A stretch of DNA of 32,273 nucleotides from Betaproteobacteria bacterium (GCA_005888925.1 VBCP01000089.1:1-32273); one strand, 5' to 3'; shown: positions 24,436 through 32,273, counted from the stretch's first letter. Notes: generated by a model from the letters alone, not told the origin. Translations and numbers: made by a program.

Positions 24436-26361
24436 ATGTGCGGCATCGCCGGCTTCTTCGCGCTCACGCCCCGTACGCTCGCGCCGCGCGGCGTGCTCGA
24501 GCGCATGGTCGAGGCGGTGCGCCATCGCGGGCCGGATGACGCCGGCGTCTATCTCGACCGCCGCGCCGGCCTCGGGCATCGGCGGCTCTCGATCATCGAT
24601 CTCGCCGGCGGCAAGCAGCCGCTTGCCACCGCCGATGAAAAGCTGTGGGTCACGTTCAACGGCGAAATCTTCAACTACGTCGAGCTGACCAAGGAGCTGA
24701 CCGCGCGCGGCCGCCAGTTCCGCACGCGCAGCGACACCGAGACCATCCTGCACGCCTACGCCGAGTATGGACCCGCGTGCGTCGAATCTTTCAACGGCGA
24801 CTTCGCCTACGCCATCTGGGACCGCGAGCGCCAGCGCCTCGTCATGGCGCGCGACCGCATGGGCGTGCGGCCGCTTTACTACACCGTTCACGACGGCGTG
24901 CTGGTATTCGCCTCCGAGGTGAAATCGCTGTTCCTTTATCCGGGGCTGCGCGCCGAGCTCGACCCGCTGGGCCTCGATCAGTGCTTCACGTTCTGGTCGC
25001 CGCTCGCCCCGCGCACCGCCTTCAAGGGCGTGCACGAGCTGCCGCCGGGACACCAGCTCATCGCGGAGCACGGCACGCTGAAAGTGCAGCCGTACTGGAA
25101 GCTGCGCTTCCCGGCGCGCGGCGAGCGCTCGCGCGCGGATGCAGATGCCATTGGCGAGCAAGTGGAAGCGCTGCTCGCCGACGCGACGCGCATCCGCATG
25201 CGGGCCGACGTGCCCGTCGGCGCCTATCTGAGCGGCGGCTTCGACTCCTCGGTGACCACGGCGCTCGCCAAGGGGTACAACGAAGGCCTGCGCACTTTCT
25301 CGCTCGAGTTTGAAAGCCCCGAGCTCGACGAATCGGCCTATCAACGCACCCTTGTGGAAGCGTTGGGCACGGACCACTCCTCACTGCGCTGCAAGGGCGG
25401 CGACATCGCCGCGGCCTTCGAGCAGGTCATCCGGCACACCGAGCGGCCCGTGCTGCGCGCGGCGCCGGCGGCGCTCTACCTGCTCGCGCGCCAGGTGCGC
25501 GACCATGGCTTCAAGGTGGTGCTCACCGGCGAAGGCGCGGACGAAGTCTTCGGCGGCTACGACATCTTCAAGGAAGCGCTGGTGCGCCGCTTCTGGGCGC
25601 GCCAGCCGAACTCGAAATGGCGCCCGCTGCTCCTGCGCCGGCTCTACCCGTACCTCGGCGGCCTGCAATCGCAGCCGGCGCGCTATCTGGAAGCCTTCTT
25701 CCGCACCGGCCTCGCCGCGGGCGACGATCCGCTGTTTTCGCACCTGCCGCGCTTCGCGCTCACGCGGCGCATCAGCCAGTTCTACTCGGGCGATCTGCGC
25801 CGCGCGATCAATGGCTACGACCCGCTCGAAGACCTGCGTTCCACCCTGCCGCCGGAATTCGGCTCCTGGCACCCGCTGTCGCGCGCGCAGTACCTCGAGA
25901 CCGGCTGTCTGCTGCCCGGCTACATCCTTTCGTCGCAGGGCGACCGCGTCGCCATGGCCCACGCGGTCGAAGGCCGCTTCCCGTTCCTCGACCACCGCGT
26001 GGTCGAGCTGGGCGCCGCGCTGCCCCCGGCGATGAAGGTCAAGGGGCTGCGCGAGAAGTACGTGCTGCGCCGCGCGCTCGGGCGGCATCTGCCGCGCGCG
26101 ATCGTCGAGCGCCCCAAGCAGCCGTATCGCGCGCCCGACAGCGAAAGCTTCCTGCATGCCGGCGCGCCCGGGTACGTGGATGCGCTGCTCGCCCCCGAGG
26201 CGATCGGCCGCGCGGGCTATTTCGAGCCGCGCGCCGTGCGCCGCCTGGTCGACAAGTGCCGTAATCCGCTCGGACCGGTCTCGGCCGGCGACAACATGGC
26301 GTTCATCGGTATCCTGTCGACGCAGCTGCTGCATTCATGCTACGTGCAAGCGTTGATCTGA
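24436..26361 (+). CDS. Asparagine synthase-family glutamine amidotransferase (AsnB-like; resembles exopolysaccharide/exosortase-locus amidotransferases)
   Basis: MCGIAGFF Ntn nucleophile, PP-loop YLSGGFDSS. 641 aa. Confidence 0.88.
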   Translation: MCGIAGFFALTPRTLAPRGVLERMVEAVRHRGPDDAGVYLDRRAGLGHRRLSIIDLAGGKQPLATADEKLWVTFNGEIFNYVELTKELTARGRQFRTRSDTETILHAYAEYGPACVESFNGDFAYAIWDRERQRLVMARDRMGVRPLYYTVHDGVLVFASEVKSLFLYPGLRAELDPLGLDQCFTFWSPLAPRTAFKGVHELPPGHQLIAEHGTLKVQPYWKLRFPARGERSRADADAIGEQVEALLADATRIRMRADVPVGAYLSGGFDSSVTTALAKGYNEGLRTFSLEFESPELDESAYQRTLVEALGTDHSSLRCKGGDIAAAFEQVIRHTERPVLRAAPAALYLLARQVRDHGFKVVLTGEGADEVFGGYDIFKEALVRRFWARQPNSKWRPLLLRRLYPYLGGLQSQPARYLEAFFRTGLAAGDDPLFSHLPRFALTRRISQFYSGDLRRAINGYDPLEDLRSTLPPEFGSWHPLSRAQYLETGCLLPGYILSSQGDRVAMAHAVEGRFPFLDHRVVELGAALPPAMKVKGLREKYVLRRALGRHLPRAIVERPKQPYRAPDSESFLHAGAPGYVDALLAPEAIGRAGYFEPRAVRRLVDKCRNPLGPVSAGDNMAFIGILSTQLLHSCYVQALI

Positions 26362-26449
26362 AAGCGGCTGATCTGAAGGAAGCTGCCCGATTCGAATCCC
26401 GTGTCACGAAGCTCGGCTATCGTCTCGCTTGCCCGGAAACTCCCAGCCC

Positions 26450-26725
26450 ATGAAACACGATATCAGCCTCGCTGTGCGCCGCTTCATCGGCGAGAATTTC
26501 ATGTTCCGCGACGACGGCGACGCCATCACGCATGATGCCTCGCTGCTCGACGCCGGCATCATCGACTCCACCGGCGTGCTCGAGCTGGTGTGCTTTCTCG
26601 AGAGCAGCTTCGGCATCGAAGTGCACGACGAGGAGATGCTGCCGGAGAACCTCGACTCGATCCGCGCGATCAGCGCTTACGTCAGCCGCAAGCTCGAATC
26701 CCGCAAGATCGAACTCGTTGCTTGA
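26450..26725 (+). CDS. Acyl/aminoacyl carrier protein
   Basis: 91 aa. Phosphopantetheine Ser in LLDAGIIDSTGVLELV. Start ATG 26450 preferred over 26429. Confidence 0.8.
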   Translation: MKHDISLAVRRFIGENFMFRDDGDAITHDASLLDAGIIDSTGVLELVCFLESSFGIEVHDEEMLPENLDSIRAISAYVSRKLESRKIELVA

Positions 26726-28209
26726 CGGTGCGAGTCGAATCCTTCCTGCTCGAAAGCGCCCGGCGCTTTCCAGCTAAGACCGCGCTGGTCGCCGGGCCGG
26801 CGCGCCTGAGCTATCAGGAGCTCGCTGCCCGCGCGGCTTCGTTCGCCGCCGAGTTGCGACGCCAGGGCGTGGCGCGCAGCGATCGCGTCGTCATCTTCCT
26901 GCACAACTCGCCCGAGGCGGTGATCGCCGTCTTCGGCACGCTGCTCGCGGGCGGCGTGTTCAGCGTGGTCAACCCCGGCACCAAGGCCGACAAGCTCGCC
27001 TACATCCTCAACCATTGCACGGCAAAGGCGCTGGTCACCGAGCCTCGCCTCGCTGAGGTCGCCAGCTCGGCGCGCGAGAGCGCCCCGGCAGTCGCGACGA
27101 CGCTGGTCACACCGTTCAATTTCGAGCAAGCGCCAGCGCCCGCACAGCCGGGGATCGATCTCGACCTGGCGATGATCGTCTACACCTCTGGCTCAACGGG
27201 ATTTCCGAAGGGCGTGACGATGACGCACGCCAACATCGCGGCGGCCGCGACTTCGATCACCACCTATCTCGACAGCCGTGCCGAGGACATCGTCCTGTCG
27301 GTGCTGCCGCTCGCCTTCGATTACGGCCTGTACCAGGCGCTGATGTGCGCCAAGGTCGGCGCCACGCTGGTGCTGGAGAAATCGTTCACCTACCCGGCGG
27401 TGGTGCTGGAGAAGCTGAAAAGCGAGCGCGTCACCGGCTTTCCGCTCGTGCCGACGCTCGCCGCGATGCTCTTGCAGATGAAGCAGCTCGCGCCCGGGAT
27501 GTTTCCCGACCTGCGATATCTGACGAATACGGCGGCGGCGCTGCCGCGCGCGCACATCGAGCGGCTGCGCGAGCTCTTCCCGCAGGCGAAGCTCTACTCG
27601 ATGTACGGCCTCACCGAATGCAAGCGCTGCACCTATCTGCCGCCCGAGCAGCTCGCGCTGCGGCCCGAGTCGGTCGGCATCGCGATTCCCGGCACCGAGG
27701 CCTACGTGGTCGACGAGCTGGGCCAGCGCGTCGCGCCAGGCACCGTGGGCGAGCTCGTGATCCGCGGTGCGCACGTGATGCAAGGCTACTGGGCCGACGA
27801 GGAAGCGACCGCGCGCGTGCTGCGGCCGGGGCCCTACCCGTGGGAGAAGGTGCTGCACACCGGCGATCTATTCCGCAGCGACGACCAAGGCTACCTGTAC
27901 TTCGTCGGCCGCAAGGACGACATCATCAAGACGCGCGGCGAGAAGGTGAGCCCGAAAGAGGTCGAGAACGTGCTCTACGAGCTTCCCGGGATCCGCGAAG
28001 CGGCGGTCATCGGCGTGCCCGATCCGATCTTAGGCGAGGCGGTGAAGGCGATCGTCGCCGCCGATGACGGCGTCACCGAGCGCGACATCATCCGCCACTG
28101 CGCGGCGCGCCTCGAGGACTTCATGGTGCCCTCGTCGGTCGAGTTCCGCGGCCAGCTGCCCAAGAGCGAGAACGGCAAGATCGCGCGCAAGGAGCTCGTC
28201 GCCGCATGA
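26722..28209 (+). CDS. AMP-forming acyl-CoA/carrier-protein ligase (ANL adenylating enzyme)
   Basis: IVYTSGSTGFPKGV, YGLTE, TGDL, GRKDDIIKTRGEKV, PKSENGKIARKEL. TTG 26722 (TTGA overlap with the carrier protein gene) or GTG 26728. Confidence 0.88.
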   Translation: MTVRVESFLLESARRFPAKTALVAGPARLSYQELAARAASFAAELRRQGVARSDRVVIFLHNSPEAVIAVFGTLLAGGVFSVVNPGTKADKLAYILNHCTAKALVTEPRLAEVASSARESAPAVATTLVTPFNFEQAPAPAQPGIDLDLAMIVYTSGSTGFPKGVTMTHANIAAAATSITTYLDSRAEDIVLSVLPLAFDYGLYQALMCAKVGATLVLEKSFTYPAVVLEKLKSERVTGFPLVPTLAAMLLQMKQLAPGMFPDLRYLTNTAAALPRAHIERLRELFPQAKLYSMYGLTECKRCTYLPPEQLALRPESVGIAIPGTEAYVVDELGQRVAPGTVGELVIRGAHVMQGYWADEEATARVLRPGPYPWEKVLHTGDLFRSDDQGYLYFVGRKDDIIKTRGEKVSPKEVENVLYELPGIREAAVIGVPDPILGEAVKAIVAADDGVTERDIIRHCAARLEDFMVPSSVEFRGQLPKSENGKIARKELVAA

Positions 28210-29174
28210 ACGCGCGCTTCGATCCCCTTTCACTGAATTTAAACGCAGCCGTCGAGGTCGAGCGCATCGCCACGACGCTGCGCAGCCAGGTGCTCAAGCA
28301 GCTGCGCCGCAAGGGCGTGGTGCTCGGGCTTTCGGGCGGCGTCGACTCGAGCGTGGTGGCCGCGCTCTGCGTGCGCGCCTTCGGCGCAGACCGCGTGCTC
28401 GGCATCTACATGCCGGAGCAGGACTCCGAGCCGGATAGCTTGCGGCTGGGGCAAGCCGTCGCCGAGTGGCTCGGCATCGAGACGGTGCTCGAGGACATCA
28501 CGCCGATACTGGTCGGTGCCGGCTGCTATCGGCGGCGCGACGAGTACATCCGGCGCCTCGTCCCGGAATACGGCCCGGGCTGGCGCTCGAAGGTGGTATT
28601 GCGCAAGGCCAAGGGCACGGCGGGATACAACGTGTTTCACCTCGTGGTGCGCGGCCCGCACGGCGAGGAAAAGGAAGCGCGCATGCCGCCCGAGGTCTAC
28701 CTCGGCATCGTCGCCACCACCAACATGAAGCAGCGCACGCGCAAGCAGCTCGAGTACTACCACGCCGATCGCCTGCAGTACGCGGTCGCGGGCACCCCCA
28801 ACCGCCTCGAGTACGACCAGGGCTTCTTCGTCAAGAACGGCGACGGCGCGGCCGACGTCAAGCCGATCGCCCACCTCTACAAGTCGCAGGTCTACCAGCT
28901 CGCCGCCGAGCTCGGCGTCCCCGAGGAGATCCGCAGCCGGCCGCCGACCACCGACACCTATTCGCTCGCGCAGACGCAGGAAGAGTTCTTTTTTGGCATC
29001 TCGCTGCGCACGCTCGACGTGTGCATGTACGCGCTCGATCAGGGCGTGCCGGCCGAGACCGTCGCGCCCGCGGTGGGCTTGAGCACCGAGCAGGTGCTGG
29101 ACGTATTCCGCGACATCGCCGGGCGGCGCCGCAGCACGCGCTACCAGCACGAGCAGCCGCTGCTCGTCGCGTAG
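28206..29174 (+). CDS. NAD+ synthetase (NadE)-family N-type ATP pyrophosphatase
   Basis: PP-loop LGLSGGVDSSV; GTPNRLEYDQGFFVKNGDGAADVKPIAHLYKSQV. ATGA overlap with the ligase. Confidence 0.82.
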   Translation: MNARFDPLSLNLNAAVEVERIATTLRSQVLKQLRRKGVVLGLSGGVDSSVVAALCVRAFGADRVLGIYMPEQDSEPDSLRLGQAVAEWLGIETVLEDITPILVGAGCYRRRDEYIRRLVPEYGPGWRSKVVLRKAKGTAGYNVFHLVVRGPHGEEKEARMPPEVYLGIVATTNMKQRTRKQLEYYHADRLQYAVAGTPNRLEYDQGFFVKNGDGAADVKPIAHLYKSQVYQLAAELGVPEEIRSRPPTTDTYSLAQTQEEFFFGISLRTLDVCMYALDQGVPAETVAPAVGLSTEQVLDVFRDIAGRRRSTRYQHEQPLLVA

Positions 29175-29181
29175 GTCGCCT

Positions 29182-29799
29182 GTGCGTCAAGCGACTAGGC
29201 ACAAGGCGAGCACCGTCTGGGTCCAGGTGGGCGACGGCGCCCGCCTGGAGCTGCATCACACGCCCTGGTGGCGGCACATCTACCGCGATTTCCGGCGCTA
29301 CCGCGTCACGGCCGACGCGGCGCTGCGCACCATCTTTCTCACCCAGGGATTCTGGGCGAGCTGCATCTATCGCCTGTCGCGCGCCGGGGTGAAGCACGCG
29401 GGCTGGATCTCACGGCCGCTCGCGGCGCTCGCGCAGAAGCTGGTGGAGATCGTCACCGGCATCAGCGTCCCCGCGCAATGCGAGATCGGCGACGGTCTCT
29501 ACATCGGCCATTACGGCTCGATCATCCTCTCCCCCGAGGCGCGCATCGGGCATAACTGCAGCCTCGCGCAGAACGTCACCATCGGCGTGGCGGGGGCGAT
29601 CGGCGACGACGTGGTGGTCTGCGCCGGCTCGGTCGTGAGCCGCTCGGTGCCGGCGCGCGCCGTGGTCATGGGCAACCCGGCCCGCGTGGTGTCCTACGAC
29701 GGCAGCTTCGACTACGTGTTCTACGACGGCATGGACGTCGACCCCGCCCGGCGCGAATCGCTCGAGAAGGTCAGGTCCTTGAACGTCGGCCCGGCGTAG
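29182..29799 (+). CDS. Serine O-acetyltransferase-like hexapeptide-repeat acyltransferase
   Basis: FLTQGFWASCIYRLSR N-domain; LbH repeats IGDGLYIGHYGSIIL, IGHNCSLAQNVTIG, IGDDVVVCAGSVV; GNPARVV. GTG start 7 nt after the nadE-like stop. Confidence 0.75.
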   Translation: MRQATRHKASTVWVQVGDGARLELHHTPWWRHIYRDFRRYRVTADAALRTIFLTQGFWASCIYRLSRAGVKHAGWISRPLAALAQKLVEIVTGISVPAQCEIGDGLYIGHYGSIILSPEARIGHNCSLAQNVTIGVAGAIGDDVVVCAGSVVSRSVPARAVVMGNPARVVSYDGSFDYVFYDGMDVDPARRESLEKVRSLNVGPA

Positions 29800-29890
29800 T
29801 TCAGCGTCGAGACGAGCTCGTAATAGCTCACGCCGAGCTCCTTGGCCCAGCGGGCCAGGTCCTCGTCCCGTAGCGGGTTTGCATCGTCTG

Positions 29891-29926
29891 TAAGTCCCCT
29901 GCGTCTACCAGTTTCGCCACCTGGGC
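29891..29926 (-). pseudogene. 5' fragment of a tRNA-Leu gene (acceptor 5' strand, D-arm, anticodon stem 5' strand up to loop CTTA)
   Basis: The minus strand reads GCCCAGGTGGCGAAACTGGTAGACGCAGGGGACTTA. This closely resembles the 5' 36 nt of bacterial tRNA-Leu (compare E. coli GGTGGCGGAATTGGTAGACGC). No matching anticodon-stem 3' strand or T-arm follows. Confidence 0.6.
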
Positions 29927-29948
29927 GGGGTGGCGGACTCTAACCCAA

Positions 29949-29978
29949 AAGAAAGGGCGGCCGAAGCCGCCCTTTCTT
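29949..29978 (-). terminator. Intrinsic terminator of the OMP gene
   Basis: Perfect 13-bp stem AAGAAAGGGCGGC / GCCGCCCTTTCTT with a 4-nt loop. It is followed by TTTTGGG on the minus strand, 21 nt after the OMP stop. Confidence 0.8.
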
Positions 29979-29998
29979 AACGCTGTGCGGAGCGCCTG

Positions 29999-30571
29999 CT
30001 AGAACCGCCAGAGCGCGCCGACGGTCAGTGTGTCGATATCGGCCTTTGTCCCCAGCCCTCCACCCCCCATCTTGCTGAAGCGCTGCCATTCGGCGCGTGC
30101 GGAGAGGATGCGGCTGAGATCAGCCTGAATGCCGACGCCATAGGTCAGGTCGGTCGTGCCGTGCTTGAGCGTGGCGCCGGTCGAGGGCGTCTCGGCCGTC
30201 ACCTCGCCGTTATAGAGGCCGAGCCTGCCGAGGAGCGAGAGTCCCATGCCGCCGGCTCCCATCGGTACGCCCCAGGTGCCCACTCCCGATAGTTCCCACG
30301 CGGTGGCCTTGAGCCGGCTCGCGCCGAACGTGGTCTTGCCCATGTCGCTATAGCCGACCTCGAGGGCGGCGTAGCGATTGAACTGAAAGCCCCCGAACAG
30401 CTTGTAGTCCCTGCCCTTGTCGTCGCAGGGGCTCGAGCAGCCGCTGAAGTTGAACTTCGACTGGCCGACGTTGAAGCCGAGGTATCCGCCGCGCGTCGTT
30501 TGCGCCGCGGCCGGAGCCGCGAATGCAGCGGCCGCCAGACCCAGAACGGCAATGATTGCGGTGCTCTTCAT
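29999..30571 (-). CDS. Small outer-membrane beta-barrel protein (OmpA-membrane/OmpW/opacity-like, 8-strand type)
   Basis: Signal peptide MKSTAIIAVLGLAAAAFAAPAAA-Q, alternating beta-strand pattern, C-terminal ...VGALWRF. AAGGGA Shine-Dalgarno before ATG 30571. Confidence 0.8.
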   Translation of the reverse strand: MKSTAIIAVLGLAAAAFAAPAAAQTTRGGYLGFNVGQSKFNFSGCSSPCDDKGRDYKLFGGFQFNRYAALEVGYSDMGKTTFGASRLKATAWELSGVGTWGVPMGAGGMGLSLLGRLGLYNGEVTAETPSTGATLKHGTTDLTYGVGIQADLSRILSARAEWQRFSKMGGGGLGTKADIDTLTVGALWRF

Positions 30572-30756
30572 AGCATTCCCTTTCTGTTGTTGGAACGTGG
30601 ACAGAACACTAGCAAAGCGGGCATTTCCATAGGTCAGCAATGGCGGAATCGCGGCCTATCGGGGGCCGGGGGTGTTGCCGAAGTGCAACGCCCTACGGGT
30701 ATCGGCCCGTATCTTGCGGCGCACACAGACTTGACGCTTGACGAAGGGAGGTCAGG

Positions 30757-31266
30757 ATGACCGCGTACACCCCTCCTCCGAAATCCAGGATTCTCCTCGC
30801 CGTCACGCCGGACATGCGGGAGCGCTTTCAGCGCATCCTGGAACGGCACGAGACGAAGTTTGTCGGAACCGCGGGCGAGGCCATCCGGGCGCTCGATGAC
30901 CTCGAGCACTTCAGGATGGTCATCCTCAGCGTGCATTTCGACGAATCACAGATGTTCTCGCTGCTCGGGGACGTCCGTGCGCATTCGAATTACCGCAAGA
31001 TCCCGATCCTGTGCGTGCTCGGGGCGCGCGGGCCGGCGATCTCGGAGGTCGCAATCGAAGGTCTGGACCATGCCGTGAAAGCGATGCGAGCCAACGGCTT
31101 CCTCGACCTGCATCACTTCGCCGATGACGACGAGGGCAACGCCAGGATCTCCAGGATCGTGGACTACCTGATTCTCATCGACGGCGATCTCCAGCACATT
31201 GCGCGCGCGCTGGACGACTCGGTGGTGCAGATCGAGCGGCGGCGGGCAAAAACACCTGCAGGCTGA
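30757..31266 (+). CDS. Receiver (CheY-like)-domain-like orphan protein lacking the canonical phospho-acceptor Asp
   Basis: The beta/alpha pattern RILLAVTPD...RMVILSVHFDESQMFSLL...KIPILCVLGA aligns by eye to the REC fold, but Ser sits at the Asp position. Strong GGGAGG Shine-Dalgarno 5 nt before the ATG. Confidence 0.45.
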   Translation: MTAYTPPPKSRILLAVTPDMRERFQRILERHETKFVGTAGEAIRALDDLEHFRMVILSVHFDESQMFSLLGDVRAHSNYRKIPILCVLGARGPAISEVAIEGLDHAVKAMRANGFLDLHHFADDDEGNARISRIVDYLILIDGDLQHIARALDDSVVQIERRRAKTPAG

Positions 31267-31272
31267 AGTCTC

Positions 31273-31346
31273 TGGAGGCGGGAGTCGGAATCGAACCGGC
31301 GTCCACGGCTTTGCAGGCCGCTGCATGACCACTCTGCCATCCCGCC
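31273..31346 (-). tRNA. tRNA-Cys (GCA)
   Basis: The minus strand reads GGCGGGATGGCAGAGTGGTCATGCAGCGGCCTGCAAAGCCGTGGACGCCGGTTCGATTCCGACTCCCGCCTCCA. Cloverleaf with anticodon loop CTGCAAA and encoded CCA. There is one C-A mismatch in the T-stem. Confidence 0.9.
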
Positions 31347-31399
31347 GCACAAACTAGAAGGGAAGGTGCGGCGCCACGCCGGACCTTCCCTCGATAAGC

Positions 31400-31475
31400 T
31401 GGAGCGGGAAACGAGTCTCGAACTCGCGACCTCAACCTTGGCAAGGTTGCGCTCTACCAACTGAGCTATTCCCGC
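31400..31475 (-). tRNA. tRNA-Gly (GCC)
   Basis: The minus strand reads GCGGGAATAGCTCAGTTGGTAGAGCGCAACCTTGCCAAGGTTGAGGTCGCGAGTTCGAGACTCGTTTCCCGCTCCA, near-identical in pattern to E. coli tRNA-Gly(GCC). Confidence 0.95.
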
Positions 31476-31491
31476 GCAGCGTCGGATTATA

Positions 31492-32070
31492 TCAAGGGCC
31501 CACACTGGCATGGGGCAGCGCCTTGCGCAGGTAATACAGCATCGACGCCACCGTCAGTACCGCGGCGATGTTGATGAGCACGGTGCCCAGCCATTGCGCG
31601 TCGGGCAGCCCGAGGGCCAGCTCCTCGTGGTAGAGCAGCAGCGGAATGGCGATCATCTGGCTCACCGTCTTCAGCTTGCCGATGAAGGCGACCGCCACGC
31701 TCTTCGCCTGCCCCACCTTGGCCATCCACTCGCGCAGCGCCGAGATCGCGATCTCGCGTCCGATGATGATGAGCGCCACCAGCATGTCGACGCGCTGCAG
31801 GTACACGAGAACGATGAGCGCGCCCGCCACGATCAGTTTGTCGGCCACCGGGTCGAGGAACTCGCCAAACGCGGACATCTGGTTCAGGCGCCGCGCGAGG
31901 TAGCCGTCGAGCCAGTCGGTGGCCGCCGCGAGGATGAAGATCAGCGTCGCCGCCGCATTCTTGTGGTGATCCGAGAGCCAGTCGTACGGCAGGTAGTAAA
32001 GCCCGATGATCAGCGGGATCAGGATGATCCGCGACAGCGTGATGACGTTGGGTACGTTGAGGATGATCAC
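31492..32070 (-). CDS. pgsA: CDP-diacylglycerol--glycerol-3-phosphate 3-phosphatidyltransferase
   Basis: [15 protein letters not shown]-alcohol transferase motif [10 protein letters not shown]...G..LDPVADK. GTG start overlaps the uvrC stop (GTGA). Confidence 0.92.
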   Translation of the reverse strand: MIILNVPNVITLSRIILIPLIIGLYYLPYDWLSDHHKNAAATLIFILAAATDWLDGYLARRLNQMSAFGEFLDPVADKLIVAGALIVLVYLQRVDMLVALIIIGREIAISALREWMAKVGQAKSVAVAFIGKLKTVSQMIAIPLLLYHEELALGLPDAQWLGTVLINIAAVLTVASMLYYLRKALPHASVGP

Positions 32071-32273
32071 GACGCGTGCAGGTGCCGGTAGATGCGCTCG
32101 GCGAGCGGGCGGCTGATGCCTTCGACCTTGGCGATGTCGTCCACCGCCGCGGCCTGCACGCCGCGCAGTCCGCCGAAATGCTCGATCAGCGCCTGGCGGC
32201 GCTTCGCGCCGATGCCCGGGATTTCATTGAGCATCGACGTCGTGCGCGCCTTGCCGCGCCGCGCGCGATGCCC
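32067..32273 (-). CDS. uvrC: Excinuclease ABC subunit C, C-terminal (HhH)2 part; the 5' end is outside the window
   Basis: [48 protein letters not shown]. The frame is open to the window edge. Confidence 0.88.
   Translation of the reverse strand, partial: GHRARRGKARTTSMLNEIPGIGAKRRQALIEHFGGLRGVQAAAVDDIAKVEGISRPLAERIYRHLHAS

Noticed and set aside
24400-26334. 325-aa and 317-aa minus-strand ORFs antisense to asnB, and the 28239-29150 minus ORF antisense to the nadE-like gene
   Set aside because: Same reasoning: antisense shadows of well-supported genes.
29800-29926. Possibility that a complete but unusual tRNA-Leu is encoded here (downstream CTGGGC could pair with the acceptor GCCCAG)
   Set aside because: No anticodon-stem closure, no T-arm (no TTCRA loop), and the anticodon loop would be malformed. 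Only the 5' 36 nt are tRNA-like.
29927-29948. tRNA 3'-end-like string (minus strand GGGTTAGAGTCCGCCACCCC) immediately upstream of the tRNA-Leu fragment
   Set aside because: No complementary T-stem 5' strand and no acceptor pairing could be built. The resemblance to GGTTCGAGTCC is probably chance or an unrecognisable remnant.
30590-30625. Sigma-54-like TGGAAATGCCCGCTTTGCT upstream of the OMP gene (minus strand)
   Set aside because: The GG-to-GC spacing is 3 nt longer than the -24/-12 consensus.

Overview
GC-rich (about two-thirds G+C by eye, not computed), very gene-dense chromosomal window. The order ygfZ<>mltG-tmk-holB and uvrC-pgsA-tRNAGly-tRNACys looks proteobacterial, probably betaproteobacterial. 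All calls come from reading the supplied translations and DNA; no database search was run.

Gene content, left to right:
- 3' part of an IorB-type molybdopterin dehydrogenase, translationally coupled to soxX, a soxY-like gene, soxZ and soxA.
- mtnA coupled to a class II aldolase/SDR fusion.
- GNAT; NRDE-family, DUF4936 and ygfZ genes; mltG-tmk-holB.
- A small Cys-rich secreted protein and a DUF1178 protein.
- Rieske dioxygenase alpha/beta subunits plus an SDR.
- A type I secretion ABC-MFP pair coupled to a GT4 glycosyltransferase.
- A 2-keto-4-pentenoate hydratase-family gene.
- A partner-switching cluster: STAS, MBL-fold hydrolase, CHASE2-PP2C, an OmpA-like/FecR-like pair, and a short RsbW-like protein.
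- 3-hydroxyanthranilate dioxygenase.
- An AsnB / carrier protein / adenylating ligase / NadE-like / hexapeptide acyltransferase cassette.
- A tRNA-Leu 5' fragment, a small beta-barrel OMP, and a receiver-like protein without the phospho-acceptor Asp.
- tRNA-Cys, tRNA-Gly, pgsA and the 3' end of uvrC.

Best candidates for an undescribed system:
1. The envelope-sensing partner-switching cluster, which has no recognisable output partner (19.2-23.8 kb).
2. The carrier-protein-dependent amidation/acylation cassette (24.4-29.8 kb).
3. The Moco-dehydrogenase/soxXYZA operon, whose SoxY lacks the canonical GGCGG arm.
4. The mtnA + aldolase-SDR pair.
5. The T1SS-glycosyltransferase operon.

Caveat: at least five genes (NRDE-family, ygfZ, mltG, MBL hydrolase, CHASE2-PP2C) need frame changes to be read through. 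Several seem to lack short internal segments, three genes lack a canonical start codon, and one tRNA is truncated. This is either real gene decay or sequence/assembly error, and the sequence alone cannot decide. No CRISPR array, transposase, integrase or obvious defence gene was seen.
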